Position numbers and translations under genes: made by a program | Assembly (NCBI GenBank): GCA_951406725.2 | Contig: OX597826.1 | Span: forward strand, 77,996,001-78,060,000 | Direction of reading: 5' to 3' | From: Octopus vulgaris | Taxonomy: Eukaryota | Length of the DNA stretch: 64,000 nucleotides | The notes under the pieces: generated by a model | Databases searched by the model: none | Told to the model about the DNA's origin: nothing | What the model saw: the letters and a program-made list of their open reading frames with translations, nothing else | Part shown: piece by piece, positions 55,901 through 64,000 of the stretch | Numbering within the stretch: position 1 is the first letter of the stretch | How the letters are laid out: each line of letters opens with the position of its first letter

Positions 55901-56241
55901 CTTCTCCAGCTGGCTATTGACACACTTTCTGTGCCCTATCAGTATTTGCAAAGGGAAGCCATCCTTCCCATCGTCGACCTGGCGTGATACGCACGGACCC
56001 GGGTTTCTGGGTATTTACCCGTCGCCAGTGCACGACATTCACCGGTCTTCGATGCGAAGGGGTCCCAATGCAAATACGTATATCCTTTTTCCAGTGATGA
56101 AAAGTCACTGATCTCGAAAAAGTGTAAACAAACAATAATAAATCTCTGAAGGAGGAATAAAGATGTTCTCCTGGGGCTACAAGCTACAGTAGCATCCACC
56201 CTTACTGGTTAGCCACATTTAAATGGCAAATATACTTCACA
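55822..56241. mobile_element. Non-autonomous element with ~78-bp terminal inverted repeats (MITE-like)
   Basis: TGTGAAGTATATTTGCCA..TAGCTTGTAGCCCCAGGAGAACA (55822-55899) is inverted at 56164-56241. Confidence 0.85.
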
Positions 56242-56280
56242 TTGTCGTACAGCTACTGTTTATACCTCATTCAAAGAGTT

Positions 56281-56332
<52 letters not shown>

Positions 56333-56433
56333 TACATAGTAAATTCTAAAAAGAACAAACACAAACAAGCAACAATACGAGTACGTGGTACATGTAATAT
56401 ATTAACAGACGCTTAGGAAAGGAAAGAAAGATG

Positions 56434-56469
56434 GTTTAACGTTTCGAGTAGACGCTCTTCTTCGGAAAC
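56434..56469 (-). ncRNA. Minimal type I hammerhead motif (dimer-type) in a short insert between (TA)n tracts
   Basis: gttt-CCGAAGA-a-gag(cgtcta)ctc-GAAA-CG-TT-aaac; stem III reduced to palindromic ACGT. Confidence 0.6.
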
Positions 56470-57624
56470 AGAGGAAAGTCCAAAAGAAGGGAAGACGGAG
56501 GAAGAAAATCACCAATGATTTACATGTGGCAACATTTTATATATATATAAAAAATTGGTGATAAGCCATGTACGTCCTGCACAGGTTACATCATTATAAG
56601 TCATTCTGGAATATTCATCACCAAAGGGCTCAAGAAATATTCATATAAAATATTTAGGGCCACCATGTTATGTCGTTCTTGTGAATCCATAAACAGAGTG
56701 AACTTCTGGGACGTAAACGTGAGAAACGTAATCTTACCTTGCATCAAGTCTCGCGGAACGTTTGGCTTCGGTGTAAAGCTAAGTATTACTCTAGTGTAGA
56801 AATGAGATTGCTGGGCACAGACGTATTTACCAAACGAAAACAGACAGTTTTTGTATTCAGATAGTGCAAATACACTTTTTTAACGTCTTTTCAGTTTGCC
56901 AAAGAATTAGTTTTCATTCACAATTAGAAAGAAATCATATTGCTATTCCCAGAGGGGCATGAAAAATAGTTTAGTGACACATTTTTCACTAAAATGCCGA
57001 AGAACGTTTCATATCAAATATTAGTTTGAAGGCGATGACAATACAAATTTTGTGTTTGAAGCAACTCAATAGTGATCTGTTTTGGGATTTTGCCTTACTT
57101 GTAGGACGCTTTTGCCCATCAGCATTTTAGTATGCATATTTATGGCTGGTTGATGCGATTTTGCTCCAAGATGGCGATGTACGTGACATTCATTGGCGGA
57201 AATAACGCGAAGCGCCGGTGTTATCATTCTCCTTCACTTCTATGGCGATTTCGTTTCCCCTAACTGTGTTTTTTAACACTATAACGTTTTTAAGATCTCC
57301 TTTGGAAGAAATACCAAATGATCGTAGTTTTGAATCATTTAACAACGCGTATATATATGTGTGTGTATGTAATGGTTGGTGGGTGTTGTGTTGAGACGTT
57401 GTATAAGATAAAAATTGAATTATTGGTTCATGTGAAAGTAATGTGAGTGATACACACACACGTACATACATACATGCACACACACACACATATGTATATG
57501 TATATACAGTCATGTATACATATATACTTATATACATACATTCATACAGAGAGTAAAGAGAAGCAGAGAGAAACAGAATGAGAGAACAGAGAGAGAGAGC
57601 GCGGCATAGAGAGCAAGATAATGA

Positions 57625-57664
<40 letters not shown>

Positions 57665-59250
57665 ATGAATGAATGAATGAATGAAAGGAAAGAAGAGATA
57701 GAAAACGGTATAAAAAAGAGGGCAGTATTAAGATATTAATATAATTCTTACTTAAACCCCAACTTAAACCCTTTCTCTTTTTATTTGATTAAATGGTGAC
57801 AGAGTTTTGAAGAACAAAGTGCATTCTGGGTTTTATTGATGTGTCTTTAAGAACGGAGTTGAAATCCCAACGGTATGGAGTTTCTTAATTATGTTGATTG
57901 GTTCATTATTTTATAATTAATTCAATTCATTGAAGTGGCTGACAAAATGCCTTCAGATATTTCGTTCCGTTCCTTCACATTCGAATTCGAAATCTCGCTT
58001 GGGATTGATTACTTCCACTGTTATTTTGGTGGTTTTTGATTTGAGAAGAACCTGTAGCACACTTCGAATGATAAAATGAAGTCTGTTCTTTGTTCTCAAC
58101 TTCTGATGCTTTATTTTAAAATCCGTGTTTTCTAAAAGGGGCTTCGAGCTGGCAGAGTCGTTAGCATGCTAGGCAAAATGTTCAACAGCATTTCCTCCGT
58201 CTTTACGCTCTGCGTTCAAATTTCGCCGTGATGAACTGTGCCTTTCATCCCCTTTACGATCGATAGGACAGAATGATCACTGGCGTCGATGTAATCGATT
58301 CACCCCTCTTCAGAGGGGTTGTTGTTGTTTGCCTCCAAGTGAAGCTTGACCAAAATTGTTCCGGTAGTGACCGTCTTAAATTTTGCTTGCCTGTCACAAT
58401 GTATCTTGGACTAAATTATCAAATGTGCCCTCCTTTTACAAACAGTAGGATATTCAGCTGTCTTTTATTATTATTATTTTGCAGCCTATCGCTGGAGCGA
58501 TGTATTAAAAGCTGGCATAATATTGATGCTGTTGTTGCTGATCTTAACCTAAGGTCATCCTTGATTGACTCGACCTATAATCTAAGACGTTCCAGCAGGG
58601 GCTCGCCCAACTTTTATTTGAATATAGAGCATCCAGCACCCCGTTTTCCACTAAGTTCTTTCTCTTTTAAGACGGTAAGCAATAATTTGCGAAAGGTTTG
58701 CTCGCTAATTCTCGTCGGCTGAGCGACTGCATAGAGGCTTCCATTGTGCATTATTCAATGTGAATGGCATTTTAATGGATTGATCTTTCGCTACAATTTC
58801 CAACTTTGTGAAAAATGGCATTTGCTGTAATCGTCGTAAGTTCCCGATTTAAAGCTTCTGCCGAGATTGTCTTTACCTTTTACCGTTGGTGACTCTATAT
58901 GCGATGCAGCTCTGTAAAACTGCTTAGCTTCTTTTCTTGTGTTCTAATACGAATTTATGAAAGAACATAGAAACATCAGCACAAATTCCGAGAAAGAAAC
59001 ACTCAAATCGACAAAATTACATGATTGGTTCTTAAGTTGACTTCGGTGCGATTTGAACTCAGAACGTATAACCACCGAAAATGTCGTTTTTGCTCGATAC
59101 TCTAACGAGTCTGCAGACCTGAGTTGCTTTCTGTAGTGGCTTTTTGTTGTTTCTTTTTGTATTCTTTTCTTTTCTTTTCGCCAATTAAGAAGAAAATTTC
59201 AGCTGTTGAAGAATTCTTTTACACACAGCATTCAATATTTCATCTTGCAA

Positions 59251-59455
59251 AGGCGGCGAGCTGGCAGAATCGTTAACACGCCGGGCAAAATGCTTATCAG
59301 TATTTCGTCTGTCTCTGCGCTCTGAGTTCAAATTCCACCGAGGTCGACTCTGCCTGTCATCCTTCCAGGGTCGATAAATTAAGTACTAGTTTCGTCCTGG
59401 GGTCAATCTAATCGACTGGTCCACTCCCCCAAAATTTCAGGCCTTGTACCTAGAA
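59251..59455 (+). mobile_element. SINE, family N, well preserved monomer
   Basis: AGGCGGCGAGCTGGCAGAATCGTTA.CACGCCGGGCAAAATGCTTA..GAGTTCAAATTCC..GGGTCGATAAATTAAGTAC..AAAATTTCAGGCCTTGT; weaker copies at 58140-58310 and 59557-59760. Confidence 0.9.
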
Positions 59456-59997
59456 TCGAAAAGAATATTTCAGCTTTCATTTAGTTATCCAAATTCATTC
59501 CAATTCTAGTTATTTCCCTCGGCTCGGTGTATTTTATTTTTTTATTACGGTTTCTAAGGCGACGAGCTGCCAAAATCGTTAGCGCGTCGGATAAAAATGT
59601 TTAGCAGCATTTTTTCTGTTTTATATATATATATATATATGTTCTGAGTTCAGTTTTCGTCAATGTCCACTTTGTCTTTCATTCTGCCTGAATAGATAAA
59701 ATAACTTCTTGTTGAGTACTGCATTCGACATTCCCGTTTCCTTTAGAATTGCTGTACCAATATATGAAAGAATTAAGTTTGAACGTTGTAATTTTCAAGA
59801 GCATTAGGACTGCTAAACAACAGACCACGAAAGCGCCTTGTTGTTTCTCAGTTGACAGGACAATAATTTGAAACTAGGATTTTTTCATCGGTCGATAAAA
59901 CAAGTAACAGTCATATGCTGGTAAACGGAATCAACTAAATCTCTTACCTACTCACCAATATTTTTCGCCTCATAAGTTCTGATACGCCCGTTCCATA

Positions 59998-60414
59998 TTT
60001 ATTTCTTTATTGCTCACAGGAGACTAAACATAGAGGGGGACAAACAAGGACAGACAAAGGGATTAAATCCATTACATCGATCCCAATGCGTGACTGGCAC
60101 CTATTTAATCGACCGCGAAAGGATGAAAGGCAAAATCGACCTCGGCTGAATTTGAACTCAGAACGTAGCTTCAGACAAAATACCTATTTCTTTACTACCC
60201 ACAAGGGGCTAAACACAGAGAGGACAAATAAGGACAGACAAACGGATTAAGTCGATTATATCGACCCCAATGCGTAACTGGTATTTATTTAATCGACCCC
60301 GAAAGGATGAAAGACAAGGTCGACCTCGGCGGAATTTGAACTCACAACGTAACGGCAGACGAAATACCGCTAAGCATTTCGCCCGGCGTGCTAACGTTTC
60401 TGCCAGTTCGCTGC
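59998..60414 (-). mobile_element. Dimeric SINE, family N
   Basis: Same duplicated architecture and junction (AGACAAAATACCTATTTCTTTACTACCCACAAGGGGCTAAACACAGA) as 35124-35537. Confidence 0.9.
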
Positions 60415-60839
60415 CCCCACCCCCGTTCAATATTGTAGTGAAATATATTTGAGTCGAGGTTCTGTTTCTTTTTAATATCTCTTAACCACATCAACTGCCA
60501 AAATCGTTCAGTACGCCAGACAAAATACTTAGCAGCATTTCGCCGTTTTTACGTGAAAAGCAGAATGCATCTGTCTGGGAAGCTACTGGAATTCTTCCCT
60601 CGATTGAGAGCACTAATAGAAAAAGGAATGTAGTAGTTAAAAGAGTTCTGACTGCCATTTCTAGCACATTGAGCTAACATAAACAAGAATGTTCACTTAC
60701 TGGTTCGAAAATTGCTTCGTTGTGACCTGAGGTGCGGGCTGTTGTAAGTTTTTAATTTATAGTTTGTTGTAAAGCGGTCTTTTGCCACTGTTGTATCTGC
60801 CTTTTGACAACGGTGGCCGCTCAGACAGATATTGTTTTC

Positions 60840-61216
60840 TGTGGCACTCCGTCGGTTACGACGACGAGGGTTCCAGTTGATCCGATCAACGAAACAGCCA
60901 GCTCGTGAAATTAACGTGTAAGTGGTTGAGCACTCCACAGACACGTGTACTCTTAACGTAGTTCTCGGGGAGATTCAGCGTGACAGAGTGTGACAAGGCT
61001 GGCCATTTGAAATACAGGTGCAACAGAAATAGGAAGAAAGAGAGAAAGTTGTGGTGAAAGGGTAAAGCAGGGTTCGCCACCAGCCCCTGCCGGAGCCTCA
61101 TGAAGCTTTAGGTGTTTTGGCTCAATAAACACTCACAACGCCTGGTCTGGAAATTAAAACGACGATCCCACGACCGCGAGTCCACTGCCTTAACCATTAG
61201 GCCATTGCGCCTCCAC
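60840..61216 (-). mobile_element. tRNA-derived SINE, family C, full length
   Basis: Minus-strand head GTGGAGGCGCAATGGCCTAATGGTTAAGGCAGTGGACTCG; tail shared with 25679-25830. Confidence 0.85.
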
Positions 61217-61659
61217 AGATATTGTTATTATATTCCGAAGTCTTCATTAAAATGGTTCTATCTGGCATTATACGACACCCAGTAGTACACTGTTATTATC
61301 CTCAGAAGGTTGGATCGTTATAACGTCCACTCAGTATCACAGTATAATTACTATATGAGCACAGACACGACTGTCAACGCAGTCGACATGTACTCTCGAC
61401 CTTCCTGACCTTCTCCGTGTCGACATGCTACTGGTCTACTTATAATGGCTAGCTACTACCACTTTATACCGGGTGGGGTGTACGTTTCACTATATAGCAT
61501 AGTTCTAACTCAAGTAGACTCTCATTATTATGTTTGGTAGCAATTGGTGTAATATATTCAAAGTTGAAAACAGAGCGAGGTGGAAGGGTAGAAGGGAATG
61601 TAAGGAGAGAGAGAGAGAGAGAATAAAAGCAGAAACTTTATAATATGTCCATGAAGATA

Positions 61660-61677
61660 TATTATATATATATATAT

Positions 61678-61717
<40 letters not shown>

Positions 61718-61719
61718 AC

Positions 61720-61790
<71 letters not shown>

Positions 61791-61929
61791 CAAATGCATA
61801 TGTGTATAAACAGATAATGAGGCATAGTATAAATAGATACAGAAATATATGGCGAACGGGAGGAAGAAGAGGACAGAAAGAAGACCAGAAGAAGATTGAA
61901 ACACAAAGAGACATACGTACAGGCAGACA

Positions 61930-61963
<34 letters not shown>

Positions 61964-61966
61964 GAC

Positions 61967-62056
<90 letters not shown>

Positions 62057-62064
62057 ATAGATAG
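61660..62064. repeat. Cluster of (TA)n, (GATA)n, (CA)n and (TACA)n microsatellites
   Basis: Direct inspection. Confidence 0.95.
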
Positions 62065-63132
62065 AAAAAAGAAAGAACTATAAAGACGAAATATCGAGAA
62101 AGGAAGAAGGAGAGAAACAAGCAAGGAAAGAAAAGGAAGGAAGGAAGGATATATATTTTTAAAAAAAGCGAAAAAAAGAAAGAATGTAAAAGAGAAAGAG
62201 CAAGAGTTCTGCGCCAATTCCACGGTGAACGTATTTTGGTTTGGTTTCAGGAATTAACCTCGCCGATTATTAACTGTTCACACTTGATCTTTGACCAATT
62301 AGTTGTGATCCGAAACCATTGTTTGGAATTAATGTTAACTGATAGAAGTGATGGTGGTGGTGGTGATGATGATACTTGCGGTTATGGTGAGGGTGGAAGT
62401 GTCTTAAGTGGGATGATGAGGCCGACGGTGGCGGATGGGGATATTTTTTAAAATATATTTGCTAATACAATTTAAAACCACAAAAAAAAAAAACGAAAAC
62501 ATTGAATTATGATGATGATAATGATGATGATGATGATGATGATGATGATAGCAGATTTTTGTTTTCGTCTTCTGATATTTTTCCTGCTCCAAGTCAACAT
62601 AGGTTAAGCATATGGTTTTTAGATTTATAGCTCAACATTAAAAAAAATTCTCCATGAGACTGTGTTGACGTCTGCGCCTTTTTCGAAAAAATTAATGTAA
62701 TTAACGAAGCGATATGACTTACTTAATAAGAAATGAACTTCGGTCTGGAGGCTAGTCTTGCTGGCAACGTTCCCCCAAACTGCTCTTCCATCCTTGCGTT
62801 CATGTTTGTATTCCAAAACAGGCACTGCCAGCAGTTTGTGTTAACCCCGATTTAATTGTTATCCCTGTTTCTTTGAGACGGAGCCATTGGCAGCGTGTGT
62901 CAGAGCATGAGAATAATTTGTGGTTTGTCTGAAACAAAGAATTTCTCGATATTCCGATAGAAAACTAATTCTAATTTCACCATCACGTGATGCGATTCTA
63001 CTTAATGGAAGACAGGCAGAAACATAGAGGCATTTCTGCCTGGAGAAAAGTCAAAGTCTTCCGAGATGCAAAACTTAGTCTTCCACAGCGCATAAGGATA
63101 AAAATCCTGTAGGCAGTCTGCTTTAAATAAGA

Positions 63133-63210
63133 TGTATGTATGTATGTATGTATATATATATATACATACATACATACATACATACATACATACATACATA
63201 CATACATACA

Positions 63211-63267
<57 letters not shown>
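63133..63267. repeat. (TATG)n-(TA)n-(TACA)n-(TA)n microsatellite
   Basis: Direct inspection. Confidence 0.95.
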
Positions 63268-63271
<4 letters not shown>

Positions 63272-64000
63272 AGTTCAAACAAACAATCAATAAAAGAGCA
63301 AAAAAAAGAAATATAGTAACGTGAGGTCATGCACAAGAAATATATTAATTTGACTCTCGGTTAAGGGAGAGAGTTGCTGTTAATATTTCAAGCATAGCTC
63401 TTTGTCGGGAACAGGAATATTCAAAGAGAAAGAAGGAAAAATAAGGAAAATCGCTAACAGTCCACATATATACATATATTCAAATATGCATATTTTCTGC
63501 CTGAGGTTAGCTCATCATTTTTCGGTCATTTATTTATATTTAAAAATTGTCGCTTCAAATCGGAGAATAAATATCATTGTGATATATATATACTGTAGCA
63601 TGACCGGTGATAAAGATCCACATAATGTGATATATGGTCGGTATAAGAAATGAAAAAAAGCCCTTGCACAAGAGTCGTGGGCGTGTCCCGTCTAGTGACG
63701 CTGTGTGTGTGTATGTGTGTGTGTGTGCGTGCGTTTCTCTCTACGCATACACATGCACCCACGCATATATACAAATGTAAATATATGTAGCGGCGCAAAA
63801 GCACCAATCTGTATGACCTATGTGTATGAATAACCATATTGTTTATAAAATAGAACACAAAGATGATGATGATGATGACGACGACGACGACGAAGATGTT
63901 GACAGTGGTGGTGGTGGTGGTGGTGGGGTGAATACTGATGGCGATTAAGAAGACCAATAGTTCCAATGTCTAGAATAAGAATGGTATTTATAGAACGTCT

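Noticed and set aside
56090-56130. GTGATGA...GAAA hammerhead-like string inside the TIR element
   Set aside because: Core C3 missing and no stem I or stem III pairing
62625-62870. Possible minus-strand exon ending at a GTAAGT donor; another strong donor CAG|GTGAGT near 41085
   Set aside because: No recognisable protein similarity and no consistent exon chain

Overview
Eukaryotic, AT-rich DNA packed with microsatellites ((TA)n, (TG)n, (GATA)n, (TACA)n, (AAT)n) and tRNA-derived SINEs. The repeat landscape looks like an octopus/coleoid cephalopod genome; this is recognition by eye, not a database result. I find no host protein-coding exon, and nearly all listed ORFs are translations of microsatellites. 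Recognisable coding remnants are all retrotransposon fossils: Penelope-like elements (PLEs; RT + GIY-YIG), a young CR1-type LINE fragment, R4/Dong-type restriction-like-endonuclease tails and an RTE fragment. The main hidden signal is a dispersed set of about 10 type I hammerhead-ribozyme motifs (CUGANGA...GAAA...UH, short stem I, palindromic stem III), many in short inserts next to (TA)n or at the ends of PLE remnants. The best-preserved one lies inside a perfect 558-bp palindrome (277-bp arms, 4-nt loop; 22069-22626), which suggests fold-back formation. Other structures include a decayed second fold-back insert, a palindromic compound microsatellite, a dimeric SINE, a 33-bp minisatellite and a triplication carrying the left end of a TIR element.
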